Assembly: GCA_963715335.1 (NCBI GenBank) | Contig: CAVQRZ010000002.1 | Span: 1 to 64,000 of the forward strand | DNA length: 64,000 nucleotides | Direction of reading: 5' to 3' | Origin: an uncultured delta proteobacterium | GTDB lineage: Bacteria; Desulfobacterota; Desulfuromonadia; Desulfuromonadales; BM103 | In this document: positions 52,355-63,200 of the stretch, one piece after another | Layout of the letters: each line of letters opens with the position of its first letter | Position numbering within the stretch: position 1 is the first letter of the stretch | The notes under the pieces: generated by a model | The model's database searches: none | The model's input: the letters and a program-made list of their open reading frames with translations, nothing else | What the model was told of the DNA's origin: nothing | Position numbers and translations under genes: made by a program

Positions 52355-52798
52355 ATGAACAAGGCACAGGAAGGTGATACGGTCACCATCACGTTTCAGG
52401 GGCTGCTTGATGACGGCAGCGTATTCGACGCTTCGGACGAGATCGATCCGTTGAGCTTTGTCCTGGGTGAGAACGAAGTCCTCCCGGGACTGGAGCTTGC
52501 GGTTGTCGGCATGGAGGTTGGAGGCCAGAAAACCGTGACCGTTCCTCCCGAGCAGGGCTACGGAATCCATCAGCAGAGACTGATTGAGGTCGTCGATATC
52601 GATGCCTTGCCAAAGGGATTGTCGCTCGCCGTCGGTGACAAACTCGAAGTGACTGCCGAGGATGGCGCAGTTTTCCAGATGGAGATCGTAACCAGAGATG
52701 AGCGGACTGTTACGGTTGACGCCAACCACCCATTGGCAGGACGCTCACTGATTCTGCAGATAGAAGTTGTTTCAATTGACAGGCCAACACTGAACTAG
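52355..52798 (+). CDS. FKBP-type peptidyl-prolyl isomerase (SlyD/FkpB-like, no His tail)
   Basis: DGSVFD, PEQGYG and VDANHPLAG. Confidence 0.92.
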   Translation: MNKAQEGDTVTITFQGLLDDGSVFDASDEIDPLSFVLGENEVLPGLELAVVGMEVGGQKTVTVPPEQGYGIHQQRLIEVVDIDALPKGLSLAVGDKLEVTAEDGAVFQMEIVTRDERTVTVDANHPLAGRSLILQIEVVSIDRPTLN

Positions 52799-52880
52799 GA
52801 AATGACAGCAGCCCTTTGCGCTTTGAACGACTGCCACTTTCCGTTAGAATATAAAAAACATTAAGGGCGAGGTGTGTATC

Positions 52881-53069
52881 ATGATGATCAGAGTCATGTA
52901 CAGTGATGGAAGATTCGACATAGTTAAGCCGAACCTGCTCGACGACCTGATCGAGCGAGATGTGATCACAAGCTTCAAACGTTCTACCGGCTGGGCGGTT
53001 GTGGGCCGTGATCCGATCCGCAGTTCTGACCGAGCCGAGTATGGTGGCGCAGAAAGGCGCGTCGCATAA
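52881..53069 (+). CDS. GSU3473-family small protein
   Basis: MMIRVMYSDGRFDIVKP...FKRSTGWAVVGRDPIR...YGGAERR; GAGG RBS. Confidence 0.8.
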   Translation: MMIRVMYSDGRFDIVKPNLLDDLIERDVITSFKRSTGWAVVGRDPIRSSDRAEYGGAERRVA

Positions 53070-53169
53070 CAGCCTGCCGGGCCACGCGGCCCTGAAAATA
53101 AAACCAGCCAACGGCAGTACTCTCTCCAGGGTATTGACTGTTGGCTTTTTTGTTAGATGAACATAGTCT

Positions 53170-56100
53170 CTATTCATCAAGTACGACCCACCCGTCGAAC
53201 ACCGGAAAATAGAGCGCCGCCCGGACTGACTGCCCCGGATACAGCTGCCGGACCAGCTCCAGGTAAACCCGCAGCTGATCCTGATAACGCTCCTTCTCCT
53301 CCAGGAGAAAAGCCTCGCGGCACAGGCCATCGGTCGGCGGACCGCTGGTCTTGTAATCGACAACCCACCTGAGCCCGGATTCATCGACAAAAACCCGATC
53401 AATGGTTGCCCGAATCAACTGGCCGTCAATCAAACCGTTTATGGCCAGTTCGCTATGCGCACCCGGATGGTCTCCCAACAGCCAGCGGCCACGATCGCTG
53501 CCGAGGGTGTTATTCAGGCAGGCCTCTATCCTTGCTGCGCAGTCTTGGAGTCGGGCACGAGGGATACCCTGGGCGCCCAATTGCAGCTTGAAGAGTTCAG
53601 ACTGCTTCCTGACGGCATTTTCCGACCACAGGCCGGGGCCGTCATTGGCGATCCGTTCCAGCCACAAATGGACCAGCGTGCCGACAACCCTGCCCTCTTC
53701 CGTTCGGCGGGATTTGATTGTCCCCTCCTGGTAATGTGCCCCCAGCGATGCCCGTTGTAGCAGAGGCTCTCCGGCCGTCAACGATGACGCCAACTGTGGG
53801 AGTTGCCATCCCGCTGGTAGGCGCCTCAGCTGCGGAGGCAGCAATTCGTCTGGCGTTTCTTTCTCAGCACTGACCGCAGGGTCGAAAAAAACTTCGTCGA
53901 GGCTGGGCCAGACAACGGACAGAAGTGAGCCGGACAAAGGAACCAGTTTGTCCGCCGAATTGAGGGTTGCATGCCCCAACAGGTGGAGACGGGATTTCGC
54001 CCTGGTTACAGCGACATAGAGCAGCCGCAAAGTCTCGAGATCATCCTTCTCCTTGAGAATGTGGCCAAGGGCCTGGTAGGTCGGGTCCTGATCTTCACTT
54101 GCATAGGGCGGAATCGGCGCCAGCAGGAGTTCATAGTCCGGATGTTCCAGCCAGCGGAGCAAGCCCCGCTCGCGTGAGCGGATACCGCGTCCCAGGCCGG
54201 GCAGGATCACGGTATCGAACTCGAGTCCTTTCGCCTTGTGAATCGTCATCAGCTGCAAATCCGGCCCCGCCTGCGGGTCGGGAGCAGCGAACAGCCGCTT
54301 GAGTTTCCTTTCAAGCGCCTCGACAACCATGTCCGCACCGGATTCTTCCAGCAGGGACAGCACCTGGCGCACATCCAGCAAATCCGCTTCATCGACACAC
54401 GCCGGGCCACCCAGGGCCAGCCAGGTTGATGCGATCAGGCGACGCAGACTGATCCTGCCAAGGTTGTTCAGCGCCCTGTCCAGGATGGGCACAATCCGCT
54501 CGAGACGATTCCTGCCGTCCGCGCTGATCCGGTCAAACATCTCGGTCTGTTCAACCGGTCCGTTGAGCAATTGCCAGACCGTGCTTCTGGCGTCTTCGCC
54601 ACACAGGCCGGCCAGGTCGTCCAGGGTCAATCCGCACCACGGTGCCCTCAAAACCGAGAGCCAGGCGACCCTGTCTGCCGGGTGATGCAGGGCGCGAACC
54701 AGCGAGAGGAGATCCTGTACCACGGGACGGGCGGTTAGAGGATCAACATCCTGCGCCTGGTAGCGCATGCCCGACTTTTTCAAGGCGTCGACAATCGGAA
54801 CCAGGTGGTTCCGTGAACGGACGAGGATAGCGATCTTGCCGACAGGGTCCTCCTCCCTCGCCTGCCTGATCAGTTCAATGACGGCTTCTGCTTCGGCAGC
54901 ATCCTGTCGACCGACAAAACCGTGGATCGAAACCGGGGCCTTCGGCGTGGAACGGTCAAAGGCAGAGGCCCTGGAAAAACTCACGGCACCCCTGACTTCG
55001 TCTTCTTCTGCCGGGAAAAGCCCTGCAAACTTCTCGTTGACCCATTCAACCATGGGTTTGACGGAGCGGAAATTTGTATTCAGAACGACCCGCTCCATCG
55101 GCAGGCTGTCCAGGCCACGTTGACAGACCCGCAGGTAGAGACCGACTTCTGCCTCACGAAAACGGTAAATCGACTGCATCGGATCACCGACGACGAAGAG
55201 TGTCCGCCCGTCGTCCGGTTCCCAACCTGCAGTCAGGCAGCGCAGGAGATCGTACTGTGCGTAAGAGGTATCCTGGAATTCATCGACCAGGATATGTCGA
55301 AGGCGACCGTCCATCTGCAGCAGCAACTCCTCCGGTGCCATGGCAGAGCCGAGGGCCTGGTGCGCCGCACCGGCGATTTCAATAAAGTCGACCTGCCCCT
55401 GCTGACGAAATACCTCCTGCAATTCCACGACTGCCAACGGCAGCAGGTCGATCAGCGCTTCCAGAACCAGCCATTGCTCCTGTGAATACGAGGCGGCGGG
55501 CAATCGACGGAGGTCCTGCATCGCCCGGGCGGCAGCGGGATCTTCCCGGAAGCGCCGTAGAAGCTCCAACGCCCGTGCCTTCATGTCGGCGGCCTTGTCA
55601 GGCTTGCCGGTCGGAAAACCGTTGTTCTTGTTGAGGCTTTTCCTGACCTCGCCGCCTGCCGTCAAGACCAGTTGAGACATTGCCTGCCATTGGCTGAGAG
55701 ATTCACGATCTTCAGCTGCCTGCAACAGGCCGACGAAATCGTGACCGGGCTGTTCCTCCAGCAAGTTCCCTGCCGCATACAGGGTCAGGGCCCTGAGTTC
55801 CTGGTACACGTCGTGGGCTATGACACCATTGAGATGCTGAAGGAAAGATGCAACGTAAAGCTGCAACCCGGATTCGAGCAGTTGGCGAGGCTGCAGTTTA
55901 CGTTTCGCGACCAGATGCCTCAGCCACTGGTCGCGTCGCCCGAGCATGGCAACGATCAGGTCACGCAACAGCTTGAGACGATTATCCAGATGGAACAGGA
56001 GCCTCTCGATCGATTCGTGCCCCGCAGAGCCATTCTCAAGCCTGGATAGAAGCGTCTCCGCCGCCTTGGCATAAAGATCAGCCGGGTCGTCTGTAACCTT

Positions 56101-56541
56101 TGGCTGGTCACCGAAACGGGACATCCACGGCATCCTGCGGGTCAGGAAGGCACAGAAGCTGTCAATTGTCGTCAGCTGCAGGCGTGACGGGTTTTGCAGA
56201 AGCTGCCAGCCCAATTCCTTGTCGCGGCTGAGCACTGCGCGCGCCCGACGCCAGGTGTCGGCTGCATGGGCTTCAGCAGGCGGCTGGTCGTGCTGCGCCT
56301 TGTCCAGGGCCTGGAGTAGGCGCAGCTTCATTTCGCCGGCGGCTTTGCGGGTGAACGTGATCGAAAGGATCTCTTCCGGGCTCGTTGCTGCTGCCAGCAG
56401 CGAGAGAATCCGCTGAACCAGCAGTTCGGTCTTGCCTGACCCAGCGGGAGCCTGAACGATGCAGGACCTGGTGATGTCGAGCGCCTTTTGTCTTGCGTTC
56501 CAGTCGGGAGGCAAATAATTCTTAGCCACCAGCACCTCCAA
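53170..56541 (-). CDS. UvrD/AddA-like helicase-nuclease
   Basis: APAGSGKT, TFTRKAA, VDEFQD, GDPMQSIYRFR, TIHKAKGLEF and YVAVTRA; C-terminal IDR...VDYKT nuclease. Confidence 0.92.
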   Translation of the reverse strand: MEVLVAKNYLPPDWNARQKALDITRSCIVQAPAGSGKTELLVQRILSLLAAATSPEEILSITFTRKAAGEMKLRLLQALDKAQHDQPPAEAHAADTWRRARAVLSRDKELGWQLLQNPSRLQLTTIDSFCAFLTRRMPWMSRFGDQPKVTDDPADLYAKAAETLLSRLENGSAGHESIERLLFHLDNRLKLLRDLIVAMLGRRDQWLRHLVAKRKLQPRQLLESGLQLYVASFLQHLNGVIAHDVYQELRALTLYAAGNLLEEQPGHDFVGLLQAAEDRESLSQWQAMSQLVLTAGGEVRKSLNKNNGFPTGKPDKAADMKARALELLRRFREDPAAARAMQDLRRLPAASYSQEQWLVLEALIDLLPLAVVELQEVFRQQGQVDFIEIAGAAHQALGSAMAPEELLLQMDGRLRHILVDEFQDTSYAQYDLLRCLTAGWEPDDGRTLFVVGDPMQSIYRFREAEVGLYLRVCQRGLDSLPMERVVLNTNFRSVKPMVEWVNEKFAGLFPAEEDEVRGAVSFSRASAFDRSTPKAPVSIHGFVGRQDAAEAEAVIELIRQAREEDPVGKIAILVRSRNHLVPIVDALKKSGMRYQAQDVDPLTARPVVQDLLSLVRALHHPADRVAWLSVLRAPWCGLTLDDLAGLCGEDARSTVWQLLNGPVEQTEMFDRISADGRNRLERIVPILDRALNNLGRISLRRLIASTWLALGGPACVDEADLLDVRQVLSLLEESGADMVVEALERKLKRLFAAPDPQAGPDLQLMTIHKAKGLEFDTVILPGLGRGIRSRERGLLRWLEHPDYELLLAPIPPYASEDQDPTYQALGHILKEKDDLETLRLLYVAVTRAKSRLHLLGHATLNSADKLVPLSGSLLSVVWPSLDEVFFDPAVSAEKETPDELLPPQLRRLPAGWQLPQLASSLTAGEPLLQRASLGAHYQEGTIKSRRTEEGRVVGTLVHLWLERIANDGPGLWSENAVRKQSELFKLQLGAQGIPRARLQDCAARIEACLNNTLGSDRGRWLLGDHPGAHSELAINGLIDGQLIRATIDRVFVDESGLRWVVDYKTSGPPTDGLCREAFLLEEKERYQDQLRVYLELVRQLYPGQSVRAALYFPVFDGWVVLDE

Positions 56542-59215
56542 GATCGACGTCCTGCTGCTCCAGGATGCGACAAAGGCCGGTCAGATCGCAATACTGGCAG
56601 GCAAGCTCGAAGCCGACCGGGGCAACAGCGGCGTGGCCACTGGAAAAGTTGTCGCCCAAAGCAGGCAACACGCTGTCCCAGTGCGACAGGACATCATCGA
56701 GGTTCTTCCACCCCTTCTCACTGAAAAGCTTCTCGAGTTTGTTGGATTTTGCCCCAGGCCAGGATTCCGTTGAGCGGGCCAGGCCACGGAACCCGCATTC
56801 TCCAGGTTTGCTGCGAACTTCTGCGAACATCACCGCGCCGATGCTGTGCCGATGCAAACCAAGACAATAGAGCGGCAATTGCGGTTCCGTAACCCGCTCG
56901 TCGAGCCATTGGGCAGGGTCGGGGCGCCCAGTCTTGTAGTCAATGATCGCAGTCGTACCGTCTGCAAGTTCATCGATGCGATCGATCCTGGTGCGGATGG
57001 TCAGATTGCCGACCTTGATCTGGTGGTTTTTTTCAGCGCCCGTAACCCGAAAATCGTCGCGGCGGGCCTCGATATCGAGCCATTGGCGGGCGACGGTCAG
57101 CAGGCGGCGGGCTTCAAGCTGCCGCTGCCGGGCGGGCAGATCATTGCGTCGCTCCTTTTCGAGGCGCTCCATGGCAGCCTCAACGGCAAGCTGGATTTTC
57201 GTGTGCAGGGTTTTTTCATCCAGGGCCAGCAGGGCTGAGTGGTCACCGACATCGTTCCAGAACAGCTCCAGAACCGTATGGACCAAGGTGCCGCGCGACA
57301 TGTTGTCGATACCGACATCCGGGACATCAAGGCGTTCTGCCCTGAGCCGGTGGTGGGCAAAGGCCCGGAAAGGACAGAGAGCCTGGTCCTTGATGATGCC
57401 GGTCCCGCCGGAGAACGGCTTGCGTGTGGAAAGCGCCGGGCCCTTACTGTCCGTGATTTTTTCGAGCTCGGGCCGATGGGCCCAGATCAGCCGGTCAGGT
57501 GCAGCGGCATCAGCGAAGAACAGTGTCGCCTCGGCAACACCCGCGATCAAGGGGCTTGGCCTTTGTTCTACGCCGTCTGCCATTAACGGCCAACTGACCA
57601 CGAAATCGGCAGAGGCGGAGAGAAGACGACTGACTACCTGTTTGGCGAACTGGAATTCCCGCTCGGCGCATGACCGCTTCATTGCGAAGCGACGCTGTAC
57701 GGGCAACGGGATGAAAGGATTCGGAGCGGGTGGTTTGGGCATGGCCTTGGCGCTCATGCCGAGGACCCAGAGGTGGTCAAACGTCATACCACTCGATTCC
57801 AGTTCGCCAAGCACCTGGATCGATGTATCGTACCCTTCCGGCTGGAATTCCGTTGCACTGACCAGCCGAAACAGGATCCTGACCGCCTCGGCTCGGCCAA
57901 GCGGCCTGGAGACCCCATCCAGGCTTGCCAGCTGCGCAAGGGTATCCCTGAAGTGTTCAACCGCCTGGAATTCCCGACTGGAGAGACCGCGTTCTCCCGG
58001 CCAGCCGAGCTTGCGCAGAAGGCTGGTAAAGTGTTCGGCCCATGCACCGGGAAGTTGCCTGGTGGACTTCTTCTGCTCAGCGACAAGGGCTTTAAATAAA
58101 GCCAGGCCGTCTGGTATGGCGAGCGCATACTTGTCGGCCAGTCCGGCGACCACCTTGACGAGACGTGACAATCTCCAGTCGAACCTTTTGAGCTTCCGTA
58201 GTTCACGATCGATCTGTGCCCGACTGGCGCTTTCCGTGAGCGCATTGCCGAGATAGGGGGTATTCAGAAGCCAGCTGACCTCTTCATGGCTGACCTGTAC
58301 TCCGGTGCGCAAGAGCCTCAGGGCGGCATGAATCACCCCTTCCCTGTTGAGACTCTGGCCGAGAGACAGATTGAAGGTCTGTTGTGTTTCGTCTCCCTTC
58401 ACCAGGGCCTGTGGAGCAAGCTCTGCAGTGAAGATTTCTTCGATCAGTGGACGATAGGCTTCAAATTGCGGCACGACCACACCGATACTCGCCGCCGGGT
58501 TGCCGGACAGAAGGCCCCTGATCCAGCGTGCACAAAGGCTGACTTCTTCGTAAGGGCCGTCTGCAATGACCTGGCGTGTGGTTTCGGCACATGACGACGG
58601 ATGCCATGATTGCAGGGCTGTACCGCGGCTTTCCATCGCCTTGCAGAGGTGCTGCAGGTCAGGCGCCAGCTCATCAAAACCGGCCAAGACGATTCTCTCG
58701 GGCAGTTGGACACGTCCTGCCATGATGGCTTCGGCAACCAGCCATGGCAGTTCGGCAGAGTCGTGCCAGGCGTTCCTTTTGGCCTGTCCCGTCCAGGCAG
58801 ACCGCCAGCGAAGAAAGGCCCGGTGATCATCAGCGGCCAGGTTTGCATCGAAATCCGCCGCATAGCTTACCAGCAATTGGTGGGCCTGCAGGGCGCGCCG
58901 GGCGGCCTGTGGAGCTTGCAGGAGATGATTGCCGGTCTGCTCGATATCCTCTTCAACAATCATCTCCCAGACGCGCTGTAGCTGGGCTTTGCTCAGGAAC
59001 GACGGTAGCTCTGGCAAGGTTTTCTGGCAACGTGACAGCCATGCGGAAACGCTCAGGATGTCAGGGCGCAACCAGGCCGAGAGCCCCTGCCCCTGCTGCT
59101 CGAGATCAAATTGCCGGTGCAGGTACCTCGAAAGCCGGTCGTTGACCGTCAGGATGAGATGGCCATCTGTTGCCGCCTGATAGAGGGTTTTATCCATGGG
59201 TATCATTCCGGTCAT
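56522..59215 (-). CDS. AddB-like PD-(D/E)XK nuclease subunit
   Basis: CPFR, RIDRID, IDYKT, QLPLY and CQYCDLTGLC (Fe-S staple); overlaps the helicase gene. Confidence 0.88.
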   Translation of the reverse strand: MTGMIPMDKTLYQAATDGHLILTVNDRLSRYLHRQFDLEQQGQGLSAWLRPDILSVSAWLSRCQKTLPELPSFLSKAQLQRVWEMIVEEDIEQTGNHLLQAPQAARRALQAHQLLVSYAADFDANLAADDHRAFLRWRSAWTGQAKRNAWHDSAELPWLVAEAIMAGRVQLPERIVLAGFDELAPDLQHLCKAMESRGTALQSWHPSSCAETTRQVIADGPYEEVSLCARWIRGLLSGNPAASIGVVVPQFEAYRPLIEEIFTAELAPQALVKGDETQQTFNLSLGQSLNREGVIHAALRLLRTGVQVSHEEVSWLLNTPYLGNALTESASRAQIDRELRKLKRFDWRLSRLVKVVAGLADKYALAIPDGLALFKALVAEQKKSTRQLPGAWAEHFTSLLRKLGWPGERGLSSREFQAVEHFRDTLAQLASLDGVSRPLGRAEAVRILFRLVSATEFQPEGYDTSIQVLGELESSGMTFDHLWVLGMSAKAMPKPPAPNPFIPLPVQRRFAMKRSCAEREFQFAKQVVSRLLSASADFVVSWPLMADGVEQRPSPLIAGVAEATLFFADAAAPDRLIWAHRPELEKITDSKGPALSTRKPFSGGTGIIKDQALCPFRAFAHHRLRAERLDVPDVGIDNMSRGTLVHTVLELFWNDVGDHSALLALDEKTLHTKIQLAVEAAMERLEKERRNDLPARQRQLEARRLLTVARQWLDIEARRDDFRVTGAEKNHQIKVGNLTIRTRIDRIDELADGTTAIIDYKTGRPDPAQWLDERVTEPQLPLYCLGLHRHSIGAVMFAEVRSKPGECGFRGLARSTESWPGAKSNKLEKLFSEKGWKNLDDVLSHWDSVLPALGDNFSSGHAAVAPVGFELACQYCDLTGLCRILEQQDVDLGGAGG

Positions 59216-59624
59216 GATGTTGAGATCTCATCACGGCCGCTTGACGGAATATGACACAACCGGCAACAGAGCCAACCGTGTCAGCGACCAGGTCCCACCA
59301 TTCGGCAAACCTTCCTGCCTGCATGGCCAGCTGCATGATTTCGATCAGGCCGCCATACAGGACGGCAAAACAGGCGGCATAAAAACCGGCTTTCCAGTGA
59401 CCCGTGCAGTGGATCTGCAGGTATTGGGCGACAAGGACTGTCAGCAATGCATAAGCCACGGCATGCAGCAGCTTGTCCCAACCGAGGACGCCGGGAATTT
59501 GCGGCGGGTTTGAGGTCAGCGAGAGCAGGCAGATTGCACAGGCCCAGAGGATGGGCAGAGCAAGGCGAACAGCGTATTTGAAGTTGCGCAGTTCGCGAGG
59601 TTTATTGTCAGACGTGGCCGCCAT
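59190..59624 (-). CDS. VanZ-family membrane protein
   Basis: DKLLHAVAY, EIMQ and GRFAEWWDLVAD. Confidence 0.88.
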   Translation of the reverse strand: MAATSDNKPRELRNFKYAVRLALPILWACAICLLSLTSNPPQIPGVLGWDKLLHAVAYALLTVLVAQYLQIHCTGHWKAGFYAACFAVLYGGLIEIMQLAMQAGRFAEWWDLVADTVGSVAGCVIFRQAAVMRSQHHDRNDTHG

Positions 59625-59656
59625 ATTGTTCGACAGGTTAACCTATCCTGCGCCAT

Positions 59657-59683
59657 AAAAAAAGGGCCGATGAACGGCCCTTT
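59657..59683 (-). terminator. Terminator ending the Cus-type operon
   Basis: aaagggccg / cggcccttt stem, followed on the minus strand by a T run. Confidence 0.75.
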
Positions 59684-59722
59684 GATTACGCTGCTATAGA
59701 TCTGTTAAATCAGCCATTTTCG

Positions 59723-60233
59723 CTACATGTTGTGGAAGTCAACCTCAAACTGGCGCTTCTTGCCGTCTTCCAGCTTGGTGCCGATTTCAAAGGTGTACAT
59801 ACCCTTCCCCTTGACCGTGACGTCGCTGCCGAAGCCGTCACCCATCAGCATCATCATGACCGGCTTGGCAGGTGTGTCTTCAGCGCCTTTGACCTTGACC
59901 GCGACCATGCCCCCGGCAACCGGCTTGCCGCTCTTTTCATCAGTAAAGTAAACCATGACATGATGGGTGGCCTCCAACCCCATGGTTTTCATCTTGTCGA
60001 TGGTTTCGCCGTCGTAAGCCTTGATCTGGACAGTCGCAACAACGCCATCTTGAGTCTCTTTGCCGACATCAACAAAGCCGCCGCCCATGTGTCCCCATAT
60101 CGTGGCCCTTGTGCATGTCGTCGGCCATCGCCTGGCCATGGGCGCTGTGGTCACCGTGACTCGCCGACAGGGCAAGCATCGGCATGGTCATGGCAAAAAA
60201 CATCGTTAGAAGAGCAATCGTTAGATTTTTCAT
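59723..60233 (-). CDS. His/Met-rich exported protein; frameshift near 60092
   Basis: AAGGAG RBS, signal peptide MKNLTIALLTMFFAMTMPMLALSA, then SHGDHSAHGQAMADDMHKGHDMG joining HMGGGFVD...THHVMVYF...VMMMLMG...HNM*. Confidence 0.75.
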
Positions 60234-60267
60234 TGTTTTTCTCCTTAGGGGGTTGTGGTCAGCAGCA

Positions 60268-63200
60268 TCATGCCGACTCGTTGTTAACACGCAAACCATC
60301 TTCATTGAGCTCGTCCAGAGCCGTCGGCTCAAGGCTGGGGTTCAGCTTTCGACTGCGCCAGAGGTAGTAAATGACCGGATAGACCATCAACTCCATGATC
60401 CCCGATGTGACCACCCCACCAACCATCGGTGCGGCGATGCGCTTCATGACATCGGCACCGGCGCCGTGACTCCACATGATCGGCAGCAGACCGGCGATGA
60501 TTACGCAGATGGTCATAACCTTGGGACGGATACGTTTGACCGCACCGTGATGGATCGCCTGACGAAGGTCGCCATGTGTGAGCATGCGCCCACTGTCACC
60601 CCAGCGTTTATGTGCGATGTCGAGGTAGAGTAGCATGACCACGCCGGTCTCGGCATCAAGCCCGGCCAGGGCAATCACCCCGACCCAAACCGCAACCGAG
60701 GTATGATAGCCGAGCAGATAGAGGAACCAGAAAGCGCCGACCAGGGAAAACGGCACTGCCAGGAAAACGATGGCCGTCTTGATGACCGAGCGGGTGCTCA
60801 TGTAGATGATCAGGAAGATAATCAGCACGGTCAGCGGAATAATCACGATGAAGCGCTGCTTGGCCGCCTGCATGTACTCGAACTGACCGCTCCAGACGAT
60901 ACTGTAGCCTTCGGGCAACTTGATATTTTCGGCGACCGCCTCCTTGGCGCTGGCGACGTAAGTGCCGACGTCGATGCCACGCAGATCAACGTAAACCCAG
61001 GCGGTACGGCGCGCATTTTCGCTCTTGATACCGGGTGGCCCCTTCCTGATTTCGATCTTTGCCAGCTGCGAGATCGGCACGTGCTTGCCGTCCCTGAGCG
61101 GCACCAGAACCCTCTCCAGAGAAGGCAGGTCATTGCGGTAGTCACGTTGGTAGCGGATATTCACCGGGTAACGCTCGAGCCCCTCGACCGTCTGGGTGAC
61201 GTTCACCCCGCCGATCGCGGTCTGGATGATCTCCTGGACCTCGCCAACCGTCAATCCGTAACGGGCCGCCGCAGCCCGGTCAATAGTGAAGTCAAGGTAA
61301 TTGCCCCCCACGACCCGCTCGGAAAAAGCCGTCAAGGTGCCAGGCAGAGTCCGTACCAGCGCCTCGACCTGTTCGCCGAGGTCGCTCAGCGTCTGCAGGT
61401 CATTGCCCATCAGTTTAATGCCGACCGGAGTCTTGATGCCGGTGGAGAGCATGTCAATGCGGGTTTTGATTGGCATGGTCCATGCGTTTGTGAGCCCGGG
61501 AAACTGAATCGCACTGTTCAACTCGTCGGTCAACTCTTCGACCGTAATCGGCTTCTCCTCCGGGACGACGATTCGGAGAGGGGCTTTCAGCCAATCCCAC
61601 CCGTCTGACCAGTCCGAATAAAACCGCCGGGTCGGCACCTTGCGCCACTGGTCCTCCGGCTTGAGCATGATGGTGGTTTCAAGCATCGACAACGGCGCCG
61701 GATCAGTAGCGGTATCGGCTCGGCCGGCCTTGCCGAAGGTCCGTTCTACTTCCGGGAAGCTGGCGATGATGCGATCGGTCTGCTGCAGCAATTCCTTAGC
61801 CTTGGTCACCGAGATACCGGGGAGCGTGGTCGGCATGTAGAGCAGGTCGCCTTCGTAGAGCGGCGGCATGAACTCACTGCCCATGCGGCTCAACGGGTAC
61901 CAGATGGAGCAAACCATCAGGAAGGCGATAACCAGGGTGACCATGCGCCACTTGAGCACCAGGTCGACGATCGGGTGATAAATCCGGATCAGCAGGCGAT
62001 TGATCGGGTTGGCCTCCTCCGGCTTGATTTTGCCGCGGATAAACCAGCCCATCAGAATCGGCACTATGGTTACTGCAAGCAGCGCAGAAGCCGCCATCGA
62101 ATAGGTCTTGGTGTATGCCAGAGGTTTGAAGAGGCGCCCTGACTGCTCGTGCAGGGCAAAGACCGGCACGAACGAAACCGTTATCACCAACAGCGAATAG
62201 AACAGGGTCGGCCCGACCTCCTTGGCGGAAGCGAGGATGATCTCCCGGTGCGGTTTTTTCCCCTGGTCACGCTCGAGATGCTTGTGTGCATTCTCGATCA
62301 TGATTATGGCGGCATCGATCATGGCGCCGATGGCGATGGCGATCCCGCCAAGGCTCATGATGTTGGCATTGATACCCTGCAGGTGCATGATCAGAAAAGC
62401 GATCAGGATCGCGACAGGCAAGGTGAAGATCGCTACCAGTGCGCTGGGCAGATGGAAGAGGAACAGGGCCGTAACCAGGGCAACAACAATAATTTCTTCG
62501 AGGAGCTTCTCCTTGAGGGTGGATACCGCCCGCTCGATCAGACCTGAACGATCATAGACCGGCGTGATTCGAACGCCTTCGGGTAGCCCTGCCTCAAGGC
62601 TTTTCAGCTTGCGCTTGACGTTTTCGATGGTCTGCATGGCATTGTCGCCGAAACGCATGACAATGATGCCGCCAACGGCTTCGCCTTGACCGTCGAGCTC
62701 TGCAATGCCGCGGCGCAATTCAGGGCCGATATCAACCTCGGCGAGGTCGCGCACCAGGATCGGCGTTCCCTGCCCGTCTGTACCGACCACCACCTGTTCA
62801 ATGTCCTTAGTAGAGCGGATGTAACCAAGCCCGCGCACCATAAACTCGGTCTCGGCCATCTCCACCAGGCGTCCGCCGACATCGTTGTTGCTGGCCTGGA
62901 TCGCGCGCCGTATCTGCGGGATGGTGATGTGATAAGCCAGCAGCCTGGCAGGGTCGACAGTGACCTGGTACTGTTTGACGTAACCGCCGATACTGGCAAC
63001 CTCTGAGACACCGTCGACTGCGGTCAGCTCGTAACGCAGGTACCAGTCCTGGATCGAGCGCAGCTGCTGCAGGTCGTGGCGGTCGCTTTCGAGGACGTAT
63101 TCGTAGACCCAGCCGACTCCGGTCGCATCAGGGCCGAGACTTGGCGTCACGCCGCGCGGCAATTTTCCTGCTGCATAATTGAGGTATTCGAGGACCCTTG

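Noticed and set aside
56943..58256. 437-aa plus-strand ORF
   Set aside because: It is antisense to the AddB-like gene, Ser/Arg-rich and without motifs.
53170..59215. Helicase-nuclease pair as an anti-phage defence system
   Set aside because: The domain layout and Fe-S staple fit an AddAB-type repair complex in a housekeeping neighbourhood.
59190..59624. Glycopeptide resistance gene
   Set aside because: VanZ-family proteins are widespread and no other van genes are present.
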